Assembly: GCA_905178155.1 (NCBI GenBank)
Contig: CAJINV010000004.1
Span: forward strand, 5,492,734 to 5,556,733
DNA: 64,000 nucleotides
Source of the DNA: Amoebophrya sp. A120
Taxonomy: Eukaryota > Protista > Dinoflagellata
Reading direction: 5' to 3'
In this document: positions 1 through 14,100 of the stretch, in pieces
Numbering within the stretch: position 1 is the first letter of the stretch
Layout: each line of letters begins with the position of its first letter
Notes under the pieces: model-generated
What the model saw: only the letters and a program-made list of their open reading frames with translations
What the model was told of the DNA's origin: nothing
Database searches by the model: none
Position numbers and translations under genes: made by a program

Positions 1-54
1 ATTCAAAATTTTGCATGACAAATAAACGAGAGGGGGAGTTGTGCCAGTGTCATA
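1..54. mobile_element. Introner family B, right end only
   Basis: GGGGAGTTGTGCCAGTGTCATA matches the right TIR of 600-814, 11288-11497 and 23029-23248. Confidence 0.75.
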
Positions 55-1183
55 CGTGCGATCGGAGTGGCGCGTGGAGTTCGCGCGGCACCTGCTGCTC
101 ACCATGTTGGCCTGCTACCTCTCCCTGCTCTTTGTCGAGACGCGACCGCTGCTGAGCTTTTCGTTTCTGGGTATCGGGTTCGGGGGCAATTGGGCGATCC
201 TTCCGGCGATTTTGACGTCATGGTACGGCCGAGGGAACGTGGCGGTTGGCTTCAACGTCGCCTGTCTCGTGTTCGTCCTGCTGGGCATACGTCGGAAAAA
301 AAGCATTTTGTTAAGTGTAGTAAGGCTGCCATCCAGAAAAAGAATTATGCAAAATCACTCAAACAGTACCCACAACTTGTCATGCCAGACAACCACGAAA
401 AAATCCTCTTTTCATATAATGTTGGCACCATCTTCATGTACGAGCGCAGTGCACGATAGGTTTTGGCATCTCTGCCCTGCAGAGCAAATTTGTGATGCTG
501 TCGCGCGAAGATGACGCCTCTACATTAGCATGCCTACTTGTTTTTTCCTTGGATACTGCAACCTGTTGGCCGCGCTCTTTGTCTACGTGGATCGGGTGAT
601 ATGAGAGTGCACAACTCCCCCTTCCCCTCATTTGTAATGCAAAATACCAATGGCAATCGCAATGCCACACCTTGCCTCTAAGCACAGTTTGCATGACAAA
701 TTTTGGATCCTTCATCACTACTACAATCCGCGTGCAGATTTGTCATGCAGAAGCCACATGTCTGGCGTTGCTTGTGTTGCTGCTCATGCCATGGAGGGGT
801 TGTGCACTCTCATAGGTGAAAAGTATCGAGGCCGGCGTCGGCTTGATGCACAAGGGGTCTCTGGCCTTGGTCTACGCATTCGCAAAAGTAAAAAATATTG
901 TCGTACCAGTGTACTAGGTTGAATAAAAAATCAAAATCGAGTTTGCCAGCATGCTAAGAAAGGGAATTTGCTTAACAGAGATTAAAAACAACAAACATAC
1001 CTGTCTGGTCTAGGCATGATAGACTGTGATGAGTACGGCTGCGATGGTAGTACAACTTTTGTGGTGCATACGCTCGGCTGTTCCGCGGCCCTCGGGGCCG
1101 TTCTTGTCCGGTTGCGACCCTGCCGCACGCAGGACGGGCAAACGCTCACCACCGTGCGGGTGCCCAGCTGTGCGCGAACCTGA
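55..1183 (+). CDS. Major facilitator superfamily transporter, 3' part (spliced; 5' end outside window)
   Basis: Removing elements 288-422, 437-555, 600-814 and 873-1070 (each plus one 5-bp repeat) gives a continuous hydrophobic protein ...FLGIGFGGNWAILPAILTSWYGRGNVAVGFNVACLVFVLLGTIFNLLAALFVYVDRVK...SLALVGCSAALGAVLVRLRPC..., ending at TGA 1181-1183. The pattern fits MFS TM10-12. Confidence 0.7.
288..422. mobile_element. Degenerate introner (non-canonical intron)
   Basis: Flanked by GGGCA/TGGCA; weak TIR; contains TTGTCATGC; removing 140 nt restores the MFS frame. Confidence 0.6.
437..555. mobile_element. Degenerate introner (non-canonical intron)
   Basis: Flanked by CTTCA/CTGCA; contains TTGTGATGC; ends GGATA; removing 124 nt restores the frame (GTIF|NLLAALF). 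Confidence 0.55.
600..814. mobile_element. Introner family B
   Basis: TIR TATGAGAGTGCACAAC...GTTGTGCACTCTCATA; perfect TSD GGTGA. Confidence 0.9.
873..1070. mobile_element. Introner family F-like (degenerate)
   Basis: TACGCATTCGCAAAAGT...ACTTTTGTGGTGCATA; degraded TSD TGGTC/CGCTC; removing 203 nt restores the frame. Confidence 0.6.
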
Positions 1184-2163
1184 GGAGGCATTCGGAAACA
1201 GCTCCGAAGGTGGTGTAGTGGTGATGGGCTGTTGATATCCATGAAGACGAGCAGGTCATCAACCTTTTGTGAACGCTGGAGCGGGCGCGGCGCAGCCAGG
1301 TATTGCGGTCCTCCTGGGCGGGTCTCAACTGGATTCTGTTGCGCGATGCTGGTTGATAGACTTGAGGATTTCATTGCGCCGCCGTCCCCCACCTGTCTCC
1401 GGGACGAGGCATGTGTGTAGGTTGAGGTCTGATCAAGACGAGAATAAAGCAATTCGCTGTTGTAGAAATTGTTACGTAAATAAGGTGAATCAAACCGAAG
1501 GCACGCGAAGAGAAAGCCCTCCTCATTTGTGACACAACTCCGCATAAGTAGAGACAGAATCGAAAAGTAGATGCAGGGTAGGCACAAGAAGATGAAAGAG
1601 GCAAACAAGGGGATTTATTTTCGAAGTTTCTGTTTCGCCGTTCTTCATCTCGACGCATTGAAAGCAAAGACGTTGATTTGTGCATCAATCTCGAACGTAT
1701 TTCAAAATACGTGTCTGTTTCAAATGCAGAGGCAAATGCACAACTTCGAACCTTCACCGCGGTATAGCTCATCTTCGTGGACACCTAACATCGTCGGTTT
1801 TTTTTTGCGCCTTTTACTAAACTTGTTTTCTAATACTTCTTACTTGCTGAGAGAATACGATATCCTTCGTTCTATCTCTCTTGGTTCAAACCTATTGAGG
1901 CACGACTAGAAAAAGCTGCAAATCACAGAAGCGTTCTGCAAACCTCCAGGATCGTGGTCCACCCACAGTTTTTTACTTCCCGGAAATAGTACACCGGCCA
2001 TGCCGAATGGCTCGGTTCATGGCGATTGCGCACCTGATGCTTGTCGACGATTATTCAGGCCCAGGGTCGTCCTCCCCCGAAGGGAACTTCTAGTGCAGCC
2101 CCGGACCAGCAGTGCCACCGCCTCGCAGCAAGACACCCGTAGAGGAAATCCACCCTCAGCGAA

Positions 2164-5100
2164 ATGTTTTACCCAGACTACGCGTCGCCGACCGCGTTTT
2201 CATCCCATGCGCAGTGCCACTCACAGCCTCCAGAGTGGCAGCTCCGGGACGTGGACGGACGCCGGATTGGGCGACGGCCGGTTTTCAACAAGCACGACCC
2301 GAACACCCAGCGACGGTGGTTGGAATTGCAGCGGGGGCTGGTGAATGAACATGCTGGTGCGGAGGTCTTGCTTCCTGCCGTCGGGGGGCCTGAACGAGTG
2401 GACGCCGCAAGTGGAAGAAGATCTGTTTTTACGCAGTACGACGAGAAAGGAGGTGAGGACACTACTAGATCGGACAAGGATTCTGCTTTCGTGACAGAAA
2501 ATTACGGGACCCGCGCGACGTGTCTCAGTCGTAGTAGAGGTAAACCTCCTCCGTCTGCCGACGTACTGGAGAAAGCGGGGTTTGATACACGGCGATTTTG
2601 TTTGCGTAGAAAGCCCGACGATGATGGGCAGCTGCAGGAGGCTACCTCCGGAAATAAGAGCGTGCTGCTGGAAGAGCAGGTTGTTCCCGCTGTTCGTTCC
2701 AGTGCGGGTACGACTACACAAATCTTCGCTGACCAGCCGAAGCCGGAATTTTACGAAACGCCGGACGATGTTGGGAGTATCAAATGCAAATATGTCTGGG
2801 TCTGGAAAGTTGTAATGCTGAGCGGGGAGTAGTGAATTCTCGGCAATGCACAGCCAAGCATGAGAAATATTTGCGCTGCTTAGTATTGCCTATTGCGCTT
2901 TCCGCATGAAAAACTGCGCTTTGCATGACAAGCAGAAGGGTCCCTTCTTGGGCGCGCATCACAAACTCTACAGTCATGCCAGATAAGCATGACAAATCTT
3001 GCAATCTTCCAGACCCAAACAAATTTTTGCATTTGACAGGGAGGCCGCGGTTGCGATTCACCTCGCTCTTCGAGTCGGGCAATCTGGCTTACGCGACAGA
3101 GACGACAGAAGGGGGCTGCAGTTCACCTAGAAGTCGTCCCGCACCGACGCAGGAACAAGTGGATCTTCGGACCACAAGCAGAACCCGTGGCGCTGCAGAG
3201 CCGGACCATGGCGGGCCGCTGCGGTGCACAACGCAGCCTTTATCATCTGGGGGCACAGCTAAAAGTAGTGCTGCGAAAAGCAGCAGTAGCAGCAGCAGCA
3301 GCCCAAAGACGGGGAAAAAAGCGCGGTCAACAGGAGCACCACCAGTTGGCTCTTCTACTAGCAGTACTGACCGACAAGAAAACAATTTTCACCATGAGAA
3401 GTTGTATTCGCCACCGGCCGTCGAGGTCGACCCAGACCACGGTGGCGCGGCAGGAGCCTGCAATTATGTGGACGGACAAACAAGTGGGCAAACGCAAATT
3501 CCTCCTGATCCAGATGGTTCATTTGTAGCACGTGCGAGGACGTCTTCGCCTGTGGACCTGCAGTACGACCTCTACCTGGACTACGACCTCGGAACTAAAG
3601 GGTATACCCAGTGGTTTTACTTCGCCCTGCAGGGTGTGAACGTCAAGCGCGGGTCGAGGATTCGCCTCCGGATCCGGAACTTGACCAAGGTGTCCAAGAT
3701 GTACAGCCGGCAGGATCTTCTTCTGGATGGTAGAGACCGGCGCACCGGCCCGACGGGGCAGTCACCTCCACACGGCGTCGGACCAGCTCCTGCTGGTACT
3801 GCAAGAGGAAGTAGTGATAAAGATGCTAGCAATGTCGCTGGACGAGCAGCTTGTTCAGAGGAAAATGCAAGGGCAAGCACCCAACAACAACAGCAGAACC
3901 TCCCTTCGACTGCACCTTTTTATCGCCACCCAATGACACCGGTTACCTGGAGCTACGCGATGCCCGAGCTCGGCTGGACAAGAGGGGCTGCGAATATAGT
4001 GGTACAGCCTAGCTACGGGACCGCCACCGCTCCGAGCAGCGAAAGGGCGCGGGGTCGAAATTCTGGGGCGGGTGAAACCCCTCTGGTGGCGGTGCCGGCC
4101 GTGACTCCCTGGGTGAATCACGACGTAGCGTTGTACAACGCATACTGCAAACATCTGGACCTGCTGCAAGAGCAAGATGCAGAGTCTAATCATACGTTGA
4201 ATGCACGAGGACCTGCTCAGATGAATTATACTGTTTCAGCATCAAATGCTTTTGCTTGTTCATCAAGTACTAAGCAGAGTTCTTCCGTACCTCGCACGAC
4301 GAACCGCCAGAAGGGACGGGATCCGCGAAACTGGACCACGCTGCAGTTTGACTACCTGTTTGAAGCAGACGACGACACCGTGGCCTTTGCCTTCCACTAC
4401 CCCTATACCTACACGCAGTGCCGGGAGTGGTGCCGGGAAATCTGCAAGATCGTCAAGAAACGCGAGAAGTCTTCGTCTTCCTGTTTAGTGCGGGACGAGG
4501 ATCATTACTGTCCTGGTAGTGCCACTGCCAGCAGGTCTAGGCATGCTGCTCAAGGCCACCCCGGAGGAATAGGAAACACGAGCAGTCGTGGGGCAAGCCG
4601 GGACAAATCTGGTGCGCTGGTGACGGCGTGCAAAACGAATTTGTGTAGTAGTACGACCACACTGACAAACCACCGCGCTGCTGCGCCCGGTACTTCTACA
4701 ACTAGAAGCTTCCAGCACACAACTTCCCCAACATCCCCACCTTCGCAGAGGAAATTTACCTCATCTATTGCGGAACCACAAGTGAAGACCACGGTCAAAC
4801 TCCGGACTCTGTGTCACACGCCGAGCGGATTGCCGTGCGAGCTGTTAGAGATCAGCGACGACGTTGTTCTGGACGAGTTTGATGGAAGTAGATCTGGGAC
4901 GAGGAGTGCAGAGAGTTCTTCCGCACAGAAGGTGAAGTCCTCTGCCAGGGAACAAGACCGGAGACCGTTTATCTTCGTCAACGCTCGTTGTCATCCGGGG
5001 GAAACCAACAGCAGCTTCATGCTGCAGGGCTTCGTCTCCTGGCTGTTGGGGCTACATGTTCCAAGCGAAAATTGTGGTGATGAAGGTAGTACGGACCCCC

Positions 5101-8100
5101 GCACCCTAGGTGGTGGCTCCACCATCTCTGCAGCGGAACTGCGGCGGAAATTTCGCTGGTTCATACTGCCCATGCTGAATCCGGACGGCGTGGTCGCGGG
5201 GAACACGCGGTGTTGCCTCTCCGGCTTTGACCTCAACCGCAGCTTTGCGCACCCGCACAAGCAGCTGCAGCCGACGGTCTGGGCGCTGAAGCGCCTTTGG
5301 CGCACTTTGGTGGTGAAGGAAAAGCGCAGGTTTGCGTTTTTCTTCGATTTTCACGGCCACGCAAACAAGGAGGGCGTGTTTTTCTTTGGAAACGAGCCGT
5401 CTTGTAGTAGTTCCTTCGGGAGTGATGTTGTAGAACCTTTCAACGACGCAGGGAGTAGTTGTACCACTAGTGGTCTTTGGATGAACAACCTTATTTCACC
5501 TTCCACGGCAGCAGTTGTTGTGTCCTCTAGTTCATCTGCGGCCAACAAGCAGATTCTCGGAGGGGTTGGAGCACAGAGGCATGGTTCACCAGGAACATTT
5601 TCAAATGGCGGAGTTGCCACAACTGCTGCCTCATCTTCTCATCACTTTCGGGGAGGCTTGCGGGACCCGAGCGGAGGGCGGTTAATATGCGGAAGTACAA
5701 CAAGAAGTGGTACAAGAAATCAGCAGAAGGAGAACCATGGAAATAATAAATCCGCCTCGTCTGGCGCAGCTTCGGAGGTCGCAGCATTTTCATTATCGGC
5801 ATTCTCATCATCTTCCGCTACACCGCCATCCGCTTGCGTGTCTGCCGCACTGCTGAGCGCCCGGATCCGGCTGTTGCCGACTCTGGCAAGTTTTGCCTCG
5901 ACCGACTTCGTCGCGGGAAGCTGCGCGTTCGAAAACAAGCCGGGAACCGCGAGATTTGTGGTGGCCGCGGAGTTCGGGTGCTTTTTCAGCTACACTGTAG
6001 AAGCGTCGTTCTGGTGTATGGACGTGGCGCAGAGGCGGCTGGAGGACGAAAGAAAGGCTTTGCTTTTTTTCGGCAGTCACCGCACCGATCTTCGCGCGAG
6101 CGCCGCTGGGCGAGTCGACCAGCGAGCCTTTGATACAGGCCCTAAAACCGCGGAGCAGGGGGATGGTACAACTACCACAGAAGTCCAAGCCGCGGGCGTG
6201 GGGAGCCGGCGGGTTGCAGCTCCGGCGCCGCAAGAATCACTATGCCTTCAGGCCGGAGTGACGACGATGCGTTCAAGTTCATCTCGCGAAGATGCTAGGA
6301 GCCCGGACGGTGGTGAAAGAGGAAAAGCGACACCAAGAAAGGAATGGGCCGCTGCAGTACAAGGGCTACCTCGCGAGCAGGAAAACGAGGAAGCAGCTCC
6401 ACACAGTGTTACTGTACCTCCTTGCGGAGGAGCGCGGGCAACAGCGGCGCAAGTTGTTGCAAGTGTAGACCTATGCATTGCAAAAGTATCGTACTAGTAG
6501 AAATAGCATGACAAGTCTTGCCAAGAAAGAAAGGGGAATTTGTAATGCTGATTTACCTAAGATCGGAGATTTGTCATGCATCATTGCGATTACTATCAGT
6601 GCGATGCTTTTGCAATGCATAAGGCCCGCCGATTGATGTTGTTCCGGCAGCCGAGGTCCAGCGGCTCAAGTCCGCCAAGGCGGCGGAGCGACGGGCCCGG
6701 CTCGCGGTCCGCGAGGAGCGGGTGGAGAACATCCGCATTATGCAATTACAAAAGTAGCGTACTACGTATGAATTGCATCACAAATAATTTTTGCTGTAAA
6801 AGGAACAGGAAGTAAGAAATTTGTAATGCTGATCAGGAGATGAAAGGACAAGGAGGTTTCGTTTGTAATGTAGAACCCGAACTACGTGGGAGTACGCTTA
6901 TACTTTTGCAAACCATTCGCCTGGTGTTGCGGCAACTGCGGCTCGGGGTGCCGGTGGCCCGGTTGCCGGAGGAGGTTCCCGTCGCGGAGCTGGACACCGT
7001 GAACAAGGTGCTTCTGGAGTTGGATCGACGGGCGGTGCGAAGTTTTATGAAAGACCACCCGCAGCCGGACCGAGAACATCAACTTGTGTTTAACAAGAAC
7101 GGGCAGGATGAACAGGTGGAGCTTCTTGACATACAGATTCCAAACACGAGTGCTGCAGGAGCTCCACTCGTGGTCCGCCTGGCCGACACGCAAACGGTAT
7201 CGCCGACGGGTGGTTGTGCAACTGCAAGAACCTCTATGCAATACAAATTTCCCGTACATGTACAAGATGCATCACAAAGTTCACCACTCTGGGGCGTAAA
7301 ACTTGTCATGCCAAACTAGGATCGAAGCCAAGTTTTGTCATGCAGAGACCGCATTTGTACGTGTACAGGAAATTTACTGTGGATAACCTCTCAGTGGATC
7401 GACTTGGACACCACAACGAACTCCCCCTCGAGCGGGGCGACGATGAAAAACTCCAATCACAAGCACAGAACTACCTCCTCTGCTGCAGATAGAGATGCGG
7501 CCAGCTGCGCGACTGAGAACATCAAGCGAGACCACGACGACACTGATTTAGAAGCAACACTAGCGGGCTGCAGCGAGTGGCTCCGGTCGAAGCACGTGGA
7601 AAGTTTAGGGAAACCGACGTTGCCGCGCCCGTATTTATTGTGTGATAGGGACGACGTCGAAAGCACACCACTGGTGGGCCGCGAAGACGAGGGCTTATTT
7701 CATCTTCCGGCATTCGAAGATGCAACGGAGCAGTTAGTGAAAAGCCAAAACATCTACTTTTCGCCGCACCGGTTAGAATCTGTGGGAACAGCGTTGGGCC
7801 ACGCTCTGGCATCGTTCCTGCAATGCACGGATGTTGATCAACAGTACGAGCGAGGAACGACAAAGGAAGGGAAAAAAGTAGATGCTCCGCAGGTGCGAAT
7901 GTTGGCAGAGAAGCGGCTGGAGGAAGCGAAGTTGGTGGTTGGGGGGAGCAATAACAACGACCGAAACGACGAGAACTACGGCCATCTCGGAGTCGTACAC
8001 GACCACGATCGCAAAGTAGAAGTCGTCTCAAAAAAACACGACGTCTGGGCGAGCTGCGAGGAGAAACTGCAAGACGCGTGGAATGCTGCGCTCGAGGACT

Positions 8101-11100
8101 ACTTTCTGACTCTTCCCGCCGACCACCGAAAACGGGCACTGGCGATTGCGCGAGCAGGAACAAATTGTTCTGCAGAAGAACTTGTTCGTCCCACCGCGAT
8201 AAATCATCGATCCGTCGAAGTAGATTATATCAGAGTCGCAAACAACACTCGCGGTCGTGGTCAACAAAATCGTACATCACAGGTAGACCAAGCAACTCCC
8301 GGCAGCGTGGGCAATTCTACTATTTCCGCGCCCGGAGGAGCAGTTGTACTAGATTCCATTACACGCACGACGTCCAGCAGCGCCGCGCCGAACCAGGGCG
8401 GCAGCAGTGCGGGGCCCGGGACGGGTAGCTGTGGAACCGTTGTGTACCGCAGCAGCAGTACTAGTAGCAACCACGAGACCAGCTGCACCACGGGGCCGGT
8501 GCACGGGGCGGGGCGCCTCGTGGGGTACCGCGCCGTAGGGTCCGGGTACGGCCGCCCCGCGAGTGTCGCCTCCGCGGCGTTTATCAGATGTAAAAATGTC
8601 TGGGTCTGGAAGAATGCAGCTTGTCATGCTAATTCTGAAGCATGCAAAAATCTGTGTTGCATGATTACCAAAAGTCGTCCAGTTTTGACCAAGTCGGGAG
8701 GGAGTTTCTCATGCAGGATAGGCATGAGAGAGATCGCACAGAATCTGTCGTGCTAGGTCCTGCATTCCAGACCTCATGGGTCATGGAAAAGCTGCATGAC
8801 AAATCGCGCATTCTTTCAGACCCAGACACTTTTGCATTTGATAGCGTTGCGCGGCGCGGATGATGCGTGCTCGGTGGTGAGCGGTTATCAAATGCAAAAA
8901 TGTCTGGGTCTGGAAGATGGTCATGCTTGTCTGGCATGACAAAAAAGTTTGTGATGCGTGTCCAAGAAGAGACCTTTTTGCCTGTCATGCAAAAACGCAG
9001 TTTCTCATGCGAAAAACGCAACACAAAGAAGCGCAGATATTTCTCATGCTTGGCTGTGCATTACAGAGCATTCACTATCCCCAACACAGCACTACAAGTT
9101 TCCAGACCCAGACGTATTTGCACTTGATAGTGGTTACGCGACGACCATCGCGGGGGGCGGCGGGGGATTTCTGTTGCATCATGGGGACCACGACGAGAGG
9201 AGGTACTATCACGACACATATGTTTTCGAAGACCACGAGAATTTTTACGGAGTAGAACTGCATCAAGAAGCACAGTCTCTCTCTCAGCCGGGTGGTGACA
9301 GAGAAATGAAGCGGAAAACACCTCGTCAGGAAGGTGAGGTGCTAGTATCTTCGCACGGAAGAAACAACTTTTCTTCCACGACAACTAATCCGGTAAGCCA
9401 CGTAAACTCCAATTCGTCTGCCTCATCGGGTAATATTCAAACCTCCTCGGAGGACGAAAATGGAACAGCGTCGAGAGAGCAGAAGAGCTGCTGCCCTACT
9501 GCGGTGTTGCCACCACTCCCGCAGCCCTGGATGATCGCCTTGGCCGCGGAATACAAAACTAGTACCAGACAAGAAAATTGTAACAGCAACGGGCGGCCGC
9601 TAGATAAAGCGCAAGCGGTTTCTTGTTTGCAACGACCCCTAGAACAAGTTGAACACGGCGGAGCCCTTATCTCTTTAAACCGGCAAAGCTTCGAGAACAT
9701 AATCACGTTGGAAAATATTCTCCTGCGGCAAAATGACCTAGATTTCGAACCGCTGTACTTCTTGACGGGAAGATCATCCTTGGCGGGAACAACGACCTCG
9801 CTGCTTCGGAGTGCGGCTGTGAAAGCCTTCGTGGAGCAAGTGAACGGGAAAAATATTAAAGACGGGAGCGGTGTTTATAATTTTGCAGACCTTTTTTATT
9901 CTTCTCCAGTGGGCAGCGATGTTGCTGTTGGTCTCGGCGGAAGGAAAAGTAGCGCAACTACAAGTTCTTCTACTGAACAACGTTGTAATTATTCTTATCC
10001 GTCATCGAACAATTATCCGGGGGCGCAAATCAGATCGACCACTGCGCCGACTTTTCCGCTTGGTCGCGCCGACGTCGTCGGGCCGTTTCACAATCGAGCG
10101 GAATCGGACAGCGAGGAGGACTCTCGTGAGGACGGACAGGAGGGGTTGCGTTGTTTTGAAGACAAAGATGCAGCTCTGGGGAATTATGCTGGTGGTTACA
10201 AGTTGCATCACAACAACCTAAGCAGGAGGCCAAGGTAATTTATTCTACAAAAAATCTTATTCATCTGCTAAATTAAAAATTGAACGAAAATTTTATCAAA
10301 CTGTGACGTAGTCTCTTGCACTCTTTTTCGTTTTTTCGATCCCTTCAGCTGTCTGCACAGTCGTTCCACCAATTTTTTTCCCATGACATCAGGTCAGTGC
10401 AGCAGTTTCGCAGAAAGGCTCCGCTAATCCAACGCGAAATCTGCTTTTCGCCGCCAGATTTAGAAGAAGTGACGTCTTCAACTACTACGCAACACGGGGA
10501 AAAAATAGCGGCGACGGTGCGTAGAACTTCTTCTGCAAATGCAACCAATGATGGCTGCTCGAATGAACAGCCTGAGCAGGTCTATTGTGTGGAGAGACCA
10601 CGAGGACAGGCGCAATTATCGGGCAGTAGTGCAAGTATTCATCAAAACCCCGATATGATTTTTGCCAATCGCACGACCTCCGCGTTTGAGCCTGTGTCAC
10701 GAAAAATCCACCTGCAGCCGAAGCTCCCCGTGCAGAGAAGGCGTGGTCATGATGAAGACGACATCAAAGCAGGGGACTTCTCGCTTCAAGATTTGATGGA
10801 AACAGGAAAAGTGATTAAAGCGGTGGAGAAGAAACAAAAAGAAGCCGTGGCTGCTGGCGCACCAACATCCCGGGTGGACGACGAGGTGCAAGAACATCAA
10901 AAGCTCTGCTCCTCCTCCCGCAGAATTGTCGAAGCCGCAGCTGGTAAAAATTGGGTTCTAGATCCGAAGTCGCAGCATGTTAGTATGGTACAGAAGCAGG
11001 CACAGGAACTTCGGTCGCCTCGCTCCAAAAAAGGAGATCGTGAGAAGGGCCATCAAACAGAAAGTGGTAGTAGAAGGCGAAACAAAGGAGAAGCACGGGT

Positions 11101-14100
11101 CGTGCCAGGTGGTCATGACGAAGAAAAAAGTGGGTGGGGGCTTTATCGTCCAGAACAAGAAGTGCTAGTAGATCATGCGGCCCCGCCCGCGCCGAAGAAG
11201 CTCCATGACGTGCGCAATTTGCTGCTCCTGAAAGAGGATCTGGAGGAGCGGAAAGTTTTGTCGCGGTTGTACGACGGGCTAGCGGAATATGAAAGTGCAC
11301 AACTCCCCCTCTCCCTCATTTGTATTGCATGAACAGCAATACAAGGGTCAGCAAGAATACAGGCTTAACAAATTTGGACAGGAGTGTAGGGCTATTTGGG
11401 CTTCCAGAGCTTGTCATGCAAACAGTGCCAAAAGCCAAGGCGTAAATTAGGTATTTTGCATGACAAACGACGGGGAGGGGAGTTGTGCAGTTTTATACGG
11501 AAGCGATCGTGAATGCGGATAGGAAAACTCCGGGCATTTTTGCGACAAATAAGCAACAGCAAAATGAGTATGCGACCTCCACTGCTCTCGATCTTTCGTC
11601 GGCTCCTTGCAAGAGAAAAGAAGTAGGCAAGAGAACAACTTCTGGGACCAGAACAGCAGGAGTTCCTGCCCCGAGGATGAAATCTTCCGAAAACAGAAAC
11701 GCGGGGGTCGACGACCGTGGTGCCCACAGCGAGAGTAGTGACTTCGGGGTGGATCACGTTGACACAATCGACGAAGAAAGCTGCGAAGGTCTTGCAAGCG
11801 GTTGTTCGCACGAGGATGGCAACGCAGGTGAGGAGCAAGACAGATCACACGATCCGGACATGATCTTCAGAGATGAAGTAAAAAAAGGGCAGGACGTGCT
11901 GAACTCGTGGCTCGGGGACTTCGCGCTGCCCATCGACTATTACAATGAAAAATGCCCCCACCCCAGAACTTGGCGCATTTGTGTTGCAAACCTTTCCAAT
12001 GGAAACACTCCCTGTGTTGCATGTATCAGCATCACAAATTTTCCATGCTGAATACTAGCTCAAATTTGTGTTGCACAGGAGCCCAGCAGCAGCCAGATCT
12101 GTTATGCAAAAGCTACCGTGCGTGCCTAGATTCCACATCACAAAGGCTCCTAGTCCTTTCATGCAAGACAAAAAGCTTTCATTTGGAAACTTTGCATAAG
12201 AAACTTTTTCAAATTCCGGGGGGGCATTTTTCATTGTAATATCGACCCGCGGGCATTCGACCAGTGCCTAAAGGAGAATTTTGCGGCGCAAGTCCATCAT
12301 CAGCGCCGCGGCGCGGTGGCCAGCACTTCGGATCGTCCCGGGGCGGAGAACGCGAGGTGTTTATTTTCTGGCGCGAATCAGTACAGCCACCCGTCCAGGA
12401 ATTTGCTGCTGCTGCCCAACGTCGTGCGCATTCTGGGGCGCAACGAGCGGAAAGAAGTAGAAGTGGCTGCTGGAGCATCAAGACCTTCTTCGGCACAACG
12501 ACAGGGCGGCGCAAAGCAGGAAGTTGTAGATGAATCTGCCAATAACTACAACTTCGGCAACATCACGAGCCGTAAAACGTCGGCTTTCCCCCTGTTGCAG
12601 GAGAAGCGACAGAAGCTGCGAGACGCCTTCCTTGCCTGCGGCGGCGCGCAGCAGCGGGGAGCGGCGGTGATGCCGGCGGCAAAGCCCGGGGTGGTAAGGA
12701 GGAAAGAACCGGGTCTACGGGAAAACAAACTGTACGAAGAGTTGCGAAAAGCCGGGTCGTCGTCGTGTGTAGTGGTGGAAGGCGGAGATGATGAGACCAC
12801 AAAGGCAACATCAAACAAGGCACGCACTGGTGCACGCGTGCCAAGTACAAGAAACCAAGGAATAAGGATGAACAAAGAGAGCCGCAATTCTGCCTACAAC
12901 AGCATCCCGGTCGCCGTGGACTCTGACATCGTAGGACAGTCGTGGAGCAGTCTGACACGACCGAGGAAGACTACGCACGTAGCCGAGGCCAAGAACAGTA
13001 CCAGCTCAAAGGTTCTTCTTGGAACGAAGGGCGGGAAAAGCGAGAAGGACGCCGACGCCGTTACAAGCAGCAATAACGACTTACGCGGCGCGCCGTCGGC
13101 GCAAGACGGATCTGACGGGGCCAAGAAGCGGGAAGTAACCGAAAAGGCAGGTCACGGTGGTTGTTCGCAGGAGTTAGAACAAAGGGCAGTTCGTCCTGCA
13201 CCAAATCTGACCTCCGCGCCAAGAACTTCATCTTCGCGACCTCTTCCTCACACGATCCACCTGAATCGCGCAAGACCCTCCTCTGCGCCATCGACCTGTT
13301 GGATGCTGTGGGATGAGCACGAACCAGGGCGAAGACTAGGGCGGAAGACCTGTGAGGGTGAAAGTGCAGTAAACGAGGAAATAGATGTAGATGTGGTTGA
13401 AACTACTTCTAAAACTTCCGGTGTAAAACTCGCGGAGAGTAGAGACCTGCAGAGCCTGCTGTTCGTGCGTCGGATTCCCTTGGACGTCGACTCGGGTAAT
13501 TGTAGAAGCAGTCAAGAACACCATCACGCGGCAAGAACATCTTCTGGCCGACGTTTCCACCGAGAGAGCACCACGGGGAACAACAACATCTTCAGTAGAA
13601 AAGACAATTCGCGGCCCTCTACCGCACCGAGTGGCGGTGAAAAGCTCTTCTTGCAGGTGGATTTGTTTTCATCCACGCTCGGCGGAGGACAATCGAGTAG
13701 TTCCGGCAGGAATGATGGTGTTGAAAAAACTTCCGGCTCTTCTTGTGGTGCAACAACGTGTGATGTTCCGCATCATGATGATCGGCCAGCTGCACCTCCT
13801 CTGGTACGCCTGCTGCCCTACAAAACCTCGGTCCTCCGCGGCTTCTCGCAGTGGAATGACAAGTTGTGGACGCCTTTTTTCCCCAGCCAGAAAAGCAACC
13901 CGCTGCGACGGACGGAGGGGCTAGAAATTCGTGCGGAGGAGCGGCCCTTCGTCGTGCCGCCAAACTCGCCGCGGGGAGAGGGAGAAGAAGCATGCTTGGG
14001 AGGAGATGCAACGGCGGGTGGAGCTAGCCCCGGGAACAAGAAGGAGACAGTCGATGAGCTTGAGCAGCAGGAGAGAAAGCGGTACCCTTTGTCTCCGATC

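Noticed and set aside
8642-9255. Recurrent short ORFs such as KCKNVWVWK..., MSGSGR...SCLSGMTKKFVMR and SKNVPTPES that look like a repeated protein domain
   Set aside because: They are translations of non-coding introner sequence, appear in varying frames and strands, and end in stops.
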